Of a DNA stretch of 64,000 bases, positions 1-9,805 are shown one piece after another. Under the pieces are notes generated by a model that saw only the letters and a list, made by a program, of their open reading frames with translations, did no database searches and was not told the DNA's origin. The stretch is taken from contig CALWHE010000009.1 of the NCBI GenBank assembly GCA_944380295.1, positions 2,213 through 66,212 on the forward strand, written 5' to 3'. Numbering within the stretch: position 1 is the stretch's first letter; each line of letters opens with the position of its first letter. The translations under genes and the position numbers were made by a program. This stretch comes from an uncultured Christensenellaceae bacterium. GTDB taxonomy: Bacteria; Bacillota; Clostridia; Christensenellales; UBA3700.

Positions 1-1056
1 CTGAACTATTACCGCAAGCGCTTCTCCCGCTTCTGCTCCGAATTCGGCTTGGAGTCCATGCCCGATATGAACACCATCCGCTCCTTCTGCCCGGAAGATC
101 AGCTCGATCTGACCTCCCCCATCATGCAGGCGCACCAAAAGTGCCCCAGCGGCAACGGCAAGATAGCTTATTACACCTCCACCCGCTTCCGCCTGCCCGC
201 AAAGTTCGAAGACACGGTCTACCTCTCGCAGATAGTGCAGTCCGAATGCGTGCGCGACGCCACCGAACATTGGCGGCGCAACCGCGGCAGATGCAACGGC
301 AGCATGTTCTGGCAGCTCAACGACTGCTGGCCCGTGCTCTCCTGGGCGTCGATAGACTATTACGGCGGCTATAAGGCGCTGCAATACACGGCGCGCCACT
401 TCAACGCGCCCCTCACCGCCAGCGCCTGCGAAAGCAAAGACGGCGTTGACCTGTTTGTGATAAACGATAAAGCCGTGCCCTTCAAAGGACATCTGGAATA
501 TACTTTGAGCACCTTTGACGGCAAAAAACTCTCCGGCGGCAAAGCCGTGGCGGATTGCGCCGCCGCTTCCGCCAAAATGGTCTGCTCGCCGGACATCAAG
601 CGCCTGCTCAAAAGTCATAAGCATAATTGCGTGCTGCAATACGCGCTGACCTCCGCAAACGGCGAAAAACTCTGCCTGCGCACCGTGCTGTTCAAGGCGG
701 AAAAAGACCTGGCGCTGCCCGATCCCGAACTTGCTTTGCAGATAAGCGTGCAAAACTCTCTGGCAAGCATAACCGTGAAAGCGAAAAAATACGCGCGTTA
801 CGTCAAGCTGTTTGCAGACGGCATTTCCGCGCCCTTCTCGGACAATTACTTCGACCTGGTGGCAGGCGAAGAAAAAACCGTCACCCTGCCCCTGCCCGCC
901 GGCATGAGCGCACAGGAGGCGCAAAAACGCATCTCGGTCACCAGCATAGCCGGCATCAAGCCCAAACAGAGCAAATTCGCCGATATGATGTTCAGGACCA
1001 AAATAAGATTGATACCCATCAATATTGCAAATTGGGTGGCGTATCACTTTATGTGA
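1..1056 (+). CDS. Glycoside hydrolase family 2 beta-mannosidase, C-terminal part (5' end outside window)
   Basis: Frame 1 is open from base 1. SEFGLESMP and MFWQLNDCWPVLSWASIDYYGGYKALQY motifs are typical of GH2 beta-mannosidases. Stop at 1054-1056. Confidence 0.8.
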   Translation: MNYYRKRFSRFCSEFGLESMPDMNTIRSFCPEDQLDLTSPIMQAHQKCPSGNGKIAYYTSTRFRLPAKFEDTVYLSQIVQSECVRDATEHWRRNRGRCNGSMFWQLNDCWPVLSWASIDYYGGYKALQYTARHFNAPLTASACESKDGVDLFVINDKAVPFKGHLEYTLSTFDGKKLSGGKAVADCAAASAKMVCSPDIKRLLKSHKHNCVLQYALTSANGEKLCLRTVLFKAEKDLALPDPELALQISVQNSLASITVKAKKYARYVKLFADGISAPFSDNYFDLVAGEEKTVTLPLPAGMSAQEAQKRISVTSIAGIKPKQSKFADMMFRTKIRLIPINIANWVAYHFM

Positions 1057-1061
1057 GAGAT

Positions 1062-2336
1062 AAGCGAAAAACAAAAGGGATAGGGCGGATATGGTTTTAT
1101 GCCATATCTGCCCTTTCGTTTTTCGCTTGCTGAAAGACAACCCCGGCATTCGCAATCGACATATCTTTCCGATATACTTTTATTTAGGGCGCAGCGTCAC
1201 GCTGCCTCTGCAACTTTGCCGTGAGATCGATTGCTTGAGCCGCGGTTTTCTCTCTTTTTGCGGGCGGCGTAATCTCGTATCGCGCTTGGTCTTGCCGCAA
1301 AAATTCACTCTTTCCGCCCTCATTCGCTCCACAAGTTCCGCTCACTCGGAAAATGCGCACGGCGCATTTTAGAGGTGCGCTCGTCCAAAAGCGCGGTTTT
1401 GGACGGCGGGATATTTGATAAGCGAAAAACAACCCCGGCATTGAAGATAGGCGCCGAGTGAAAGTGCCGTGCGATAAAACATTTTAATATTCTGACAATA
1501 TCTGCGCACAGCACTTTGCGCCTACGTGTGAGGGGCAAACCCGACACGCTCCGCTGCGGTTTTCCCCTCGTTTTGCGGCGAGATATAAAAAGCGTGCAAA
1601 CGTTAGCCGCAAAACTTCACCCTTTTCCGTCGCCGCGGGAGCGGCGCGCAAGGCATTCGCCTTGCCCAAGGATACGCTTGGCAAAAGTGCGATTTTGCCG
1701 CGCTTTATTACACTTTATCATGTAAGCATTGCAAAGAGATGAGCTGAAAACACGAACAAGTTACTTCAAGGCACGATCGGGGGTGGAGCGCCCAGCGCTC
1801 CCGTCACGCTGCCCGCGCTTTATTACACTTTATCATGTAAGCATTGCAAGAGTTTAGCTGAAAACACGAACAAGTTACTTCAAGGCATATAATGGGTGCA
1901 GCGGCACGCTGCCCGCCACGCACGACGAGCGCGGAGCTGTATCGTCGTGCATTTCACGTGCCCTCTCGTCGCCCTGCGGATTGAGGGCACATTTCACGTT
2001 TTTGCCAAGGTGTTGGCAAAAACATTTCACTTTTGCGCAGCAGTATACGTTCGCTTATCGCTCACTTATATCTGCGCAAAAATTTCACGTCCGGAGCAAG
2101 GGCGCATACTTTCGCTTATCGCCCATTGCGCCCTTGCGCAGGACATAAAAGGGTGCGCGGGAGAGTGATGGATTTGCGTGCGGATTTGGACAACGGGGAC
2201 GCAGGTAATACTTGTTGTATTATCAAGTCCCCGTTGTTCAAAGGCGCGCGTAAAGACGCACTCTCATGCGTGCCCGGACAGCGCCTGTCCGGCAGAAAAA
2301 AAACAAGCCGCTTGCGCGACTTGTCTTTTTTGTTTG
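1062..2336. repeat. Mosaic hairpin-repeat block A (non-coding, between convergent genes)
   Basis: Long segments are collinear with 6293-6957 and 9448-9580. Includes an internal 115-bp tandem duplication and many stem-loops. Only low-complexity ORFs. Confidence 0.75.
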
Positions 2337-2356
2337 ATCGGTTGTGGATAATTATC

Positions 2357-3598
2357 TTATTGCCACGTGAAGTTGCTGTCTACCTTGATGGTGCCGAGGC
2401 TGACATATGCGGAACCGTCTGCGACCGCATTGATGATGCCGGCTATATCCAGCTGCTCGCCGTCGATCTCGACCCCGCCACCGGGAAGCATACTCTGGAT
2501 CACACCTATCAAGTCAGTGACCTGCGCCTTGTCAAGATTTATGCTGACGCCGGTGGTGGTCATATGGAGATCCTTGAACATGTTGTCTTCCACGGTGCCG
2601 GTAACACTCATCCTGCCGTCCGTCACCGCTTCTTTAAGCAGGTTGGGCAGCAGATCGCCAAACTGATCGGCGGAGAGGAATATGCTCAAGATCTTGCCGA
2701 TAGGCAGGGTGAAGTCTCCTATTTCAATTTCCGATGCGGGACCGACGAATTCTTGCAGCATAGCTTTGCCGTCAGCGGAGATGTTGTTCCACACATCCAT
2801 CAGGAAGTCGAGGTTATCCAAAGCGGAAACCGTGTTGGTGTATTGACCATCGGTCAAGCTCGCATTGGTGGGATCGCTGAAATCAAGCAAAGTCTGATTG
2901 AGCAGCAGATCGTCGATGATGGACACAACGTCGAGGGTATAATCTTCGTTGAATATGCCGCCTATGACCTTGCCGACGGTGCCTTCGGAAAGCAGTCCGT
3001 TGAGTTTGGTAACATCGTCGCTGACCTCTCTCTTCGTGCGGTTATTGTCAAAATAGATGGGCCAAGGATCTTCCGTGATGATCTTTTTCAAAGCGGGGAT
3101 GGCTTGCGTCAGACCTTCCACTTGCAAATTCCTCACGCCGATGTTCTTGGTCGTTTCGCCGCCGTAATTATAGAACGCCTGTCCGGTGAATTTGATCTTG
3201 GACATAGCAGACTGGTTGATCAACGCCTTTTCGCCATCGATAAATCCGCCGATAAGAGTGTTCAATGCCATATCGCTAAGTTCGATTTTGAAATCGGTGG
3301 GCTGAGCAACGATATCGATGGTCAGTGTGCCGTTTTCCCATTTGCGGTTCAGATCGACCTTGGCGCTGGCGGTGACGCTGATGTCTTCGTTGTCGCCATC
3401 TACGCCGAGAGCAATTTTTGCGTCCGTTATCGTCACGCTGGTCGTAGCCGTTTTACTATCCTTTTTCGCCCAGTTGGCTTCGCTTGCCTCTTGAGCATTA
3501 TCGGCCTTGACCTTATTGCAGCCCGCGAGAGCGACAACGGAAATCATGCACACAAGCAGAACGATGACCGCAAGTGTAATGCCTATCTTCTTTTTCAT
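2357..3598 (-). CDS. Lipoprotein of unknown function
   Basis: 413-aa ORF. AGGAGG lies upstream of the ATG. N-terminal signal peptide with lipobox LAGC. Confidence 0.75.
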   Translation of the reverse strand: MKKKIGITLAVIVLLVCMISVVALAGCNKVKADNAQEASEANWAKKDSKTATTSVTITDAKIALGVDGDNEDISVTASAKVDLNRKWENGTLTIDIVAQPTDFKIELSDMALNTLIGGFIDGEKALINQSAMSKIKFTGQAFYNYGGETTKNIGVRNLQVEGLTQAIPALKKIITEDPWPIYFDNNRTKREVSDDVTKLNGLLSEGTVGKVIGGIFNEDYTLDVVSIIDDLLLNQTLLDFSDPTNASLTDGQYTNTVSALDNLDFLMDVWNNISADGKAMLQEFVGPASEIEIGDFTLPIGKILSIFLSADQFGDLLPNLLKEAVTDGRMSVTGTVEDNMFKDLHMTTTGVSINLDKAQVTDLIGVIQSMLPGGGVEIDGEQLDIAGIINAVADGSAYVSLGTIKVDSNFTWQ

Positions 3599-3806
3599 AG
3601 TCTTCCTCCTGAAGATTTTTTATTTCATACGGATATTATACACCACCGGCGCAGGCGTGTCAACGATTTTGCAAATTTTTACCCCGCTAAGCAAAAGAGC
3701 CCGGGCAACGTCGCGCCCGAGCAATGCGGAGTTTTCACTCCCGTCAAGGCGGTTTTGCGGCGCGCAATAGCTGCTCTTAGGCAAAAATTGCGCGCCGGTG
3801 CGGTTT

Positions 3807-4013
3807 TTATTTGGAATCGGTCAGCCCCAGCATATAGTCGGTGCTGCGGTTGAAGAGTTTGGCAAGATCTATCAGCGTTTGGAAGTCCGGCTCTTTAAGT
3901 CCCCTCTCCCAGTTGCTCACAGACACCTGCGAAACGTTCATATATTTGGCTATGTAAGTTTGATTATATCCGTTCAGGATGCGTTCCTGGCGGAGCCTTT
4001 CCGCAAATTTCAT
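3807..4013 (-). CDS. XRE-family helix-turn-helix transcriptional regulator
   Basis: 68 aa. Typical HTH_3 pattern (QTYIAKYMNVSQVSVSNWERG). GGAGG RBS. Confidence 0.85.
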   Translation of the reverse strand: MKFAERLRQERILNGYNQTYIAKYMNVSQVSVSNWERGLKEPDFQTLIDLAKLFNRSTDYMLGLTDSK

Positions 4014-4040
4014 ATTTTCCTCCGATTATCGCAAACTCTT

Positions 4041-4646
4041 TTATTTTTCCACATGCTCGTCCAGATAAGTGGCGGTCATGTCCGCCATATGAAGCAGCAT
4101 TGCCAAGGGGTAACGGTAATAAGCGTCGCTCATGGAATAATCGCCCGCCTTCACCCTGTTGTCAAAGCCGCCCATATGCCAATTTATCGCCAGCGCTTCC
4201 CCGCGCGTGAGGCGCATATATCCGTTAATGATATAAACGGACTTTTCCCCGTGTCCGTAAGGCAGGCTGTCGCTTATCACATAATAAGGCACCTGCTGCC
4301 ACTCGCCGTTTTTTTTGACGTTGCGCTTTTCTTCGCGGTAAAAGTCCACCTTGCAAAGATCGTGGAGCAGTCCGCATATCGCCACGGTTTCTTCCGTTAT
4401 CGCGTCGGGCGCGATGTCGCCCGCCTCCACGTGCAGTTTTACCAGCTCTTGCAGTCTGCGGTAAACGTTGATGCTGTGCGCGCAAAGACCGCCCTCCACG
4501 TTACTGTGGAAGCGCGAACTTGCCGGCGCGGTGAAAAAGTCGGTGCCGCACAGATATTTGAGCAGCTCGCTTGCTCCTTCGCGCTTGATCTTTTGGTTGA
4601 ATATCTCCAAAAAAAGCTTTTTGTTTTCTTCCGTCCTGCTTTCCAT
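4041..4646 (-). CDS. HD-domain phosphohydrolase
   Basis: 201 aa. Has RFHS...H and LLHDLCK (the HD signature). Confidence 0.8.
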   Translation of the reverse strand: MESRTEENKKLFLEIFNQKIKREGASELLKYLCGTDFFTAPASSRFHSNVEGGLCAHSINVYRRLQELVKLHVEAGDIAPDAITEETVAICGLLHDLCKVDFYREEKRNVKKNGEWQQVPYYVISDSLPYGHGEKSVYIINGYMRLTRGEALAINWHMGGFDNRVKAGDYSMSDAYYRYPLAMLLHMADMTATYLDEHVEK

Positions 4647-4654
4647 ACAAGTAG

Positions 4655-4683
4655 ATTGTATATCAAGAAAAAAAATTTGTCAA
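4655..4683 (-). promoter_or_regulatory. Sigma-70-type promoter of the HD gene (apparently leaderless mRNA)
   Basis: TTGACA (4678-4683), 17-nt spacer, TACAAT (4655-4660). The ATG is only 8 nt downstream and there is no SD. Confidence 0.5.
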
Positions 4684-4849
4684 TACAATTTTTTTTGCTG
4701 TTTACACATATTAATAAGATTTTTATCAAAGCGAGGCGTTTTTTTGTCCGATATGCGCGCGATAAGCCGCCAGCGTTTTACTTTATCGCGCAAATGTGCT
4801 AAAATATTTTTATGTGACCGGCGCGCCGAGGTGCGCGCGGAGGTAGAAA

Positions 4850-6049
4850 ATGACTGCGGAATTTTATATCCTCGCCTTATCCGGCGACAAATTGCTTGAA
4901 GACTGCCTTGCCGGCGAACGCCGCGCGGCGGGCGAATTGATAAGTTTTGCCTCGCGTTACAACTTGCAGGGCGACATTTTCAAGGCGTATCTGGCATACC
5001 TGCTCATCTGCGAAGAAAACCCTTACGCCCTGCAATGCGAACGGGGCGAAGCGCCGCGCAGGAGCCTGCGCGAGGCGGCGCTCAAAGACGCGGAAAAACT
5101 GTTTGCGCTGTTCAACGATCCTTCCGTGTGCGCGCGCCTTTTACCCGAGCTTGCCTGCTGGAAGTGCGAAGCCGCGGCGGACAAATATTTTGCCGAGGCG
5201 GGAGAGGTGATCGCAAACTTTGTGAAAGCGCTCTCCAAAGCCAAAGACCCGGAAGAATTTTTGCGCGCCTGCCGCCGGCATTACATCGCGCGCGGCGCGG
5301 GAGCGTGCGCGCTCAACCACGCTTTCCGCTTGAAGGAAAATTCCGACGAAACAGAGCCCATCATTCTGGGCGAGATGAAGCGCATGTCCGATCTGGTGGG
5401 GCTGGAAGCGCAAAAGCGGGCGCTTTTGGACAACACGCGCGCCTTTGTGGAAGGCAAGGGCGGCGTGAACGTGCTGCTTTACGGCGACGGCGGCACGGGC
5501 AAGACCACCAGCGTGAAGGCGCTTTTATCCGAATTTGCGGGCAAGCGGCTGAAAATAATAGAGATCTACAAGCACCAATTCAAGTATCTGAACAACCTCA
5601 TCAGCCGCATAAAGCACCGCGGATACAAGTATATCCTCTTTTTGGACGATCTGTCTTTTGAAGACAGCGAGGTGGAATACAAATATCTCAAAACCATCAT
5701 CGAAGGCGGACTGGAACCGCGCCCGGACAACGTGCTTATCTATGCCACGTCCAACCGCCGCCACCTCATACGCGAAAGCTGGAAAGACCGCGAGGAGAGC
5801 GACGATATCCACGCGGGCGACACGGTGGAAGAAAAGCTCTCTTTGGTCAAGCGTTTCGGGCTTACCCTCTATTACCCTTCTCCCAACCAAAAAGAGTATC
5901 TCAACATCGTGCGCAGCCTTGCCGAGCGCGAAGGCATCACGCCGGACGCCGAATTGGAATCCGCCGCGCTGGTGTGGCAGAGGCGCGAAGGGGGGATGTC
6001 GGGGAGGACGGCGGAGCAGTTTTTGATAAGTGAAAAACGAAAAGGATAA
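4850..6049 (+). CDS. DUF815-type P-loop (AAA-like) ATPase
   Basis: 399 aa. Walker A GDGGTGKTT and Walker B ILFLDDLSF. GGAGG RBS. Confidence 0.8.
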   Translation: MTAEFYILALSGDKLLEDCLAGERRAAGELISFASRYNLQGDIFKAYLAYLLICEENPYALQCERGEAPRRSLREAALKDAEKLFALFNDPSVCARLLPELACWKCEAAADKYFAEAGEVIANFVKALSKAKDPEEFLRACRRHYIARGAGACALNHAFRLKENSDETEPIILGEMKRMSDLVGLEAQKRALLDNTRAFVEGKGGVNVLLYGDGGTGKTTSVKALLSEFAGKRLKIIEIYKHQFKYLNNLISRIKHRGYKYILFLDDLSFEDSEVEYKYLKTIIEGGLEPRPDNVLIYATSNRRHLIRESWKDREESDDIHAGDTVEEKLSLVKRFGLTLYYPSPNQKEYLNIVRSLAEREGITPDAELESAALVWQRREGGMSGRTAEQFLISEKRKG

Positions 6050-6135
6050 GGCTTTTCCCGTTACAAACGGGAACTGCCTTTCCGTCTTTCACTTCCCTAG
6101 GGGACACCCCGCCATTCAAAAATAAAACGAACAGA

Positions 6136-6175
6136 CGGTGATATGAGCGCAATATATCGCCGTTTTATTTTTTTG
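6136..6175 (+). terminator. Intrinsic terminator after the DUF815 gene
   Basis: Stem CGGTGATAT/ATATCGCCG followed by TTTTATTTTTTT. Confidence 0.6.
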
Positions 6176-6289
6176 AGGCGTAGTTTCCCCTCTTTTTGCG
6201 GAACGGAATAACGCTGTTGTGCGGAGAGATATGTATATTAAAGAATACGCTTTTGCAGGGGAATAAGACAGCGTGGTCACCACGCCACC

Positions 6290-6960
6290 TCTTCCGCCCT
6301 CATTCGCTCCGCGCGCTCCGCTTATTCGGAAAATGCGCACGGCGCATTTTAGAGGTGCGCTCGTCCAAAAGCGCGATTTTGGACGGCGGGATATTACACT
6401 TTGCTGTATAGCATTGCGAAGAGGTAAGCCGGAAAAACGAACAAGTTACTTCAAGGCACGATCAGGGGTGGAGCGCCCCGCGCTCCCCGCCACGCACGAC
6501 GAGCGCGGAGCTGTATCGTCGTGCATTTCACGTGCTCTTTCGTCGCGGAGCGGTTTAAGAGCACATTTCACGTTTTTGCCTTGTGAGGCAAAAACATTTC
6601 ACTTTTGCGCGGTTGGCATATCTCATATGTTTGTTTATGATGATAATTATGCCGAACAGACGTCTATAAGGGTGAAGCGCCGCAGGCAGCCTTTACATTT
6701 TGCCGTTTGATACAGTGCGGTTACTCAATACGTTTGTTACGGCAAAATATATCGCGTCCGGAGCCGCCAAACATTTTTATCGCTTTTCGCTCTTGTTTGG
6801 CGGCGCAGGACATATCGCGTCGGCGCAGCCGACATATCGCTTTTGCGCAGCAGATATAAGTTCGCTTGCCGCTCACTTATATCTGCGCAAAAATTTCACG
6901 TCCGGAGCGGCACGGCACACTTTCGCTTATCGCTCATTGCCGTGCCGCGCAGGACATCAC
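6290..6960. repeat. Mosaic hairpin-repeat block B
   Basis: Collinear with 1313-2146, plus an insertion shared with block C. Confidence 0.75.
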
Positions 6961-7341
6961 ACACACACTCACCGCCAAGCCCTCTATCTCTTCTCTCAGC
7001 ACGATATTTGCGGGAACGGTGTGTTTGACGTCTTTTGTGCTCACGCCTCTGCCCAGAGCCTTGCAAAACGCTTCCAGGTCAGTCCAGGCAAAGATGTCTT
7101 TGAGCGGCGCGGGCGGCTGTCTGGCGGGATCTTCCGCGTCCACGCCTATGCTGCCCTCCCCTTTGAGCACGGCAAGGAAGGTGATGCCGCGGCAGTCGGA
7201 GAGGGATATCTGAAAGCCTTGCGCGCGCGGCTTGCCGGAGCGCTCGTGAAAAAGCGGCGCTTTGAGGTGTTTTTGCACCATCTGCGCGGAAGTGACGTTG
7301 CGCTCGCAATAGAGCGTGAAGAGCGGATATTCCCTTTTCAT
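6934..7341 (-). CDS. 4'-phosphopantetheinyl-transferase-like protein (short, possibly 3'-altered)
   Basis: 135 aa. SGKP..FQISLSD, IGVDAE and W..LEAFCKALGRG resemble Sfp/EntD-type motifs. The start overlaps the malQ stop. The last codons lie inside a repeat module. Confidence 0.45.
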   Translation of the reverse strand: MKREYPLFTLYCERNVTSAQMVQKHLKAPLFHERSGKPRAQGFQISLSDCRGITFLAVLKGEGSIGVDAEDPARQPPAPLKDIFAWTDLEAFCKALGRGVSTKDVKHTVPANIVLREEIEGLAVSVCVMSCAARQ

Positions 7342-8846
7342 CAGCTCCTGTTTCTGCCGTAAAGGCTGTTTACCTCATTGAAAAAGGCATGGTCCACCCC
7401 GTCGAAGTTCTCGTAAGTGGCGCGGTAACGCCAGTTGCCTTCCGCCACGCCGGGCGTATTCATGCGGCAGTCCGCGCCGAAGCCGCACATGTCCTGGAAA
7501 GGCACCACGGCGAGCACGCAGCTGCTTTCCGCCAGCTTGCGGTAAAACGCGTGCGTGGACTTACAGCCGTAACCGCCGTGGCTCCAACCGAACGAATCGC
7601 AACGGATATAACGCAGCACATATTCCAAGATGTTGGCGGGCAAATTTTGCAGCCAACCCAAAGTGGTGTTATTATCGTGCGTGGCGGTGTAACCCACGCA
7701 ATAAGTGTCGAAGTTGTGCGGCAGATGGATACTGTCCCCGTCCTCGAAGCCGAACTGCATGACGCGCATGCCGGGCAAGCCGCTTTGCGCCAGCAATTTC
7801 CGCACGTCGTCGTCTATGATGCCCAGATCTTCCGCGATAAAGCGCGCCTCGGGCATGGCGGCGAACACCGTTTGCAAAAATTCCAAGCCCAAGCCCTTTT
7901 CCCACTTGCCTTCTTTGGCGGTTTGCGCGCCGGCGGGCACGCTCCAATAGCGGCTGAACGCGCGGAAGTGGTCTATGCGCAGCACGTCATACCAGTCCAT
8001 GGCGCGGCGCAGGCGCTGCAACCACCAGGCGTAACCGGTTTTTTTGAGGTGCTTGACGTTATAGAGCGGATTTCCCCACAGCTGCCCGTCCGCGCTGAAA
8101 TAATCGGGCGGCACGCCGGCAACGGCGGCGGGGTTGAGGTCTTTGTCCAGTAAAAACACGTCCGGGTGCGCCCACACGTCCGCGCTGTCACGGCTGACAT
8201 ACATGGGCATATCGCCGATGACGGAAATGCCGCGCCCGGAAAGCGCCGCGCGCACCTGTGCCCACTGCCTGTCGAACAAAAATTGTTCAAAGCAATAAAA
8301 AGCGTATTCTTCCCCCTGCCGCACCTTGTTCAGAGCGGCAGGCTCACGCAGGCGGTAAGGCTCTTCCCAGCGCCACCAGGGCAAGCCGTCCATCATGTCT
8401 TTGACCGCCATATAAACGGCGTAATCGTCCAGCCAATCGCGGTTTTTGCGGCAATACTCGTCTATCTCCGCCTGCGCATAGGCGCCGGAGGCAAAGGCTT
8501 TGCGCACCACGGCGCGCTTGGCGCCGCGGCAGAAAGCGTAATCAACGCTGAACGGCTCGCCGGGATATTCGCAGGCGCGCACGTCCGCTTCCGTGAGCGC
8601 GCCGTCCGCGCGCAGCTTTTCCGGGTCGATATAGAGATAATTCCCCGCAAAAGCCGAAGTGCCGGAATAAGGCGAATCGCCCAAGCCCACCGTGTTGAGC
8701 GGCAAGATCTGCCAATAATGAAAACCGCCGCGCAGCAAAAAATCGCTCAGCTCGTCCGTTTCCCGTCCGAAGCCGCCTATGCCGTAAGGCGAAGGCAGAG
8801 AAGAAACGTTGAGCAGCACGCCCGCGGATCTGTTGAATTTTTTCAT
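7341..8846 (-). CDS. malQ: 4-alpha-glucanotransferase (amylomaltase, GH77)
   Basis: 501 aa. N-terminus RSAGVLLNVSSLPSPYGIGGFG and overall GH77 pattern. Confidence 0.9.
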   Translation of the reverse strand: MKKFNRSAGVLLNVSSLPSPYGIGGFGRETDELSDFLLRGGFHYWQILPLNTVGLGDSPYSGTSAFAGNYLYIDPEKLRADGALTEADVRACEYPGEPFSVDYAFCRGAKRAVVRKAFASGAYAQAEIDEYCRKNRDWLDDYAVYMAVKDMMDGLPWWRWEEPYRLREPAALNKVRQGEEYAFYCFEQFLFDRQWAQVRAALSGRGISVIGDMPMYVSRDSADVWAHPDVFLLDKDLNPAAVAGVPPDYFSADGQLWGNPLYNVKHLKKTGYAWWLQRLRRAMDWYDVLRIDHFRAFSRYWSVPAGAQTAKEGKWEKGLGLEFLQTVFAAMPEARFIAEDLGIIDDDVRKLLAQSGLPGMRVMQFGFEDGDSIHLPHNFDTYCVGYTATHDNNTTLGWLQNLPANILEYVLRYIRCDSFGWSHGGYGCKSTHAFYRKLAESSCVLAVVPFQDMCGFGADCRMNTPGVAEGNWRYRATYENFDGVDHAFFNEVNSLYGRNRS

Positions 8847-8899
8847 AACTTCCCCTCTTTTGAGTTTTGTAAGGCTATCTATATTCTAACACGCGCGCG

Positions 8900-9800
8900 C
8901 GGAAAAAACAAGAGGGAATTTTTATGTCCTGCGCCGCCGAACAAAACAATAAGCGATACGATGTTCGGCGGCTCCGGACGCGATATATTTTGCCGTTGCA
9001 AACGCATAGATAAGCGCATGATATCGAACGGCAAAATGCGATATGTCGGCTGCGCCGACGCGATATGTCCTGCGCGGCACGGCAATGAGCATAAGCGAAA
9101 GGATGCCGTGCCGCTCCGGACGTGATATATTTTGCCGTGCCAAACATTTAGAATAAGCGTAAAAGCACAAAACGGCAAAATGCGGCGGTATCTTGCGGCA
9201 TTTTGCCACAAATCACATATTGTTGTTGCGAAGAAGCGCACTTGTTTGATTATCCGTCCGGCGATATAGTTTATCAAACAGCGCCGCAGGCAACCGCTGC
9301 ATTTTGCCGTTCGTGTTTTCGCTTGCCCTTTACAATTTTAAATAGCGCCGCAGGCAGCCTTTACATTTTGCCGTTCGCCACATCTTATGTGTTTGTTTAT
9401 GATGATAATTATGCCGGACAGACGTCTATAAGGGTGCACAGGAGGGCGATGGATTTGCGTGCGCTTTTGGACAACAGGGGCGAAGGTTGTCCTATTGCGG
9501 TATTATCAAGTCCCCGTTGTCCAAAAGCGTGCGTAAAGACGCGTCCTACTGCGTGCCCGCATAGCGCCTATCCGGCAGAGAAAATTCGCGTCCGGAGCGG
9601 CGGCGGATCCGATGGGGAAAATGTTATTCCGCCGCCGCGCAGGACATATCGCTTTTGTGCGGAAGTAATGTTCGCTTATCGCTCACATATATCCGCGCAA
9701 AAATATCGTGTCCGAAGCCGCCGAACATCGCTTGCGCTTACTTTATTTGTTCGGCGGCGCAGGGCATATCAGAAGTGCAGCCCCGCGCTGCCCGCGGCAA
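8900..9800. repeat. Mosaic hairpin-repeat block C (modules in both orientations)
   Basis: Modules are shared with blocks A, B and D. The 8924-9200 part is inverted relative to the others. Confidence 0.75.
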
Positions 9801-9805
9801 ACACA

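Noticed and set aside
2033-3853. A 606-aa plus-strand ORF and many other long ORFs lie antisense to or overlap called genes. Examples are 11046-12488, 16308-17546, 21921-23300, 24399-25985, 27280-28524, 30523-32262, 36412-37890, 47747-48952, 49067-50125, 58574-60088 and 62061-63032.
   Set aside because: They sit opposite or out of frame to genes with clear family motifs and RBSs. They have Arg/Ala/Gly/His-rich low-complexity translations typical of GC-rich shadow frames, and they lack SD sequences.
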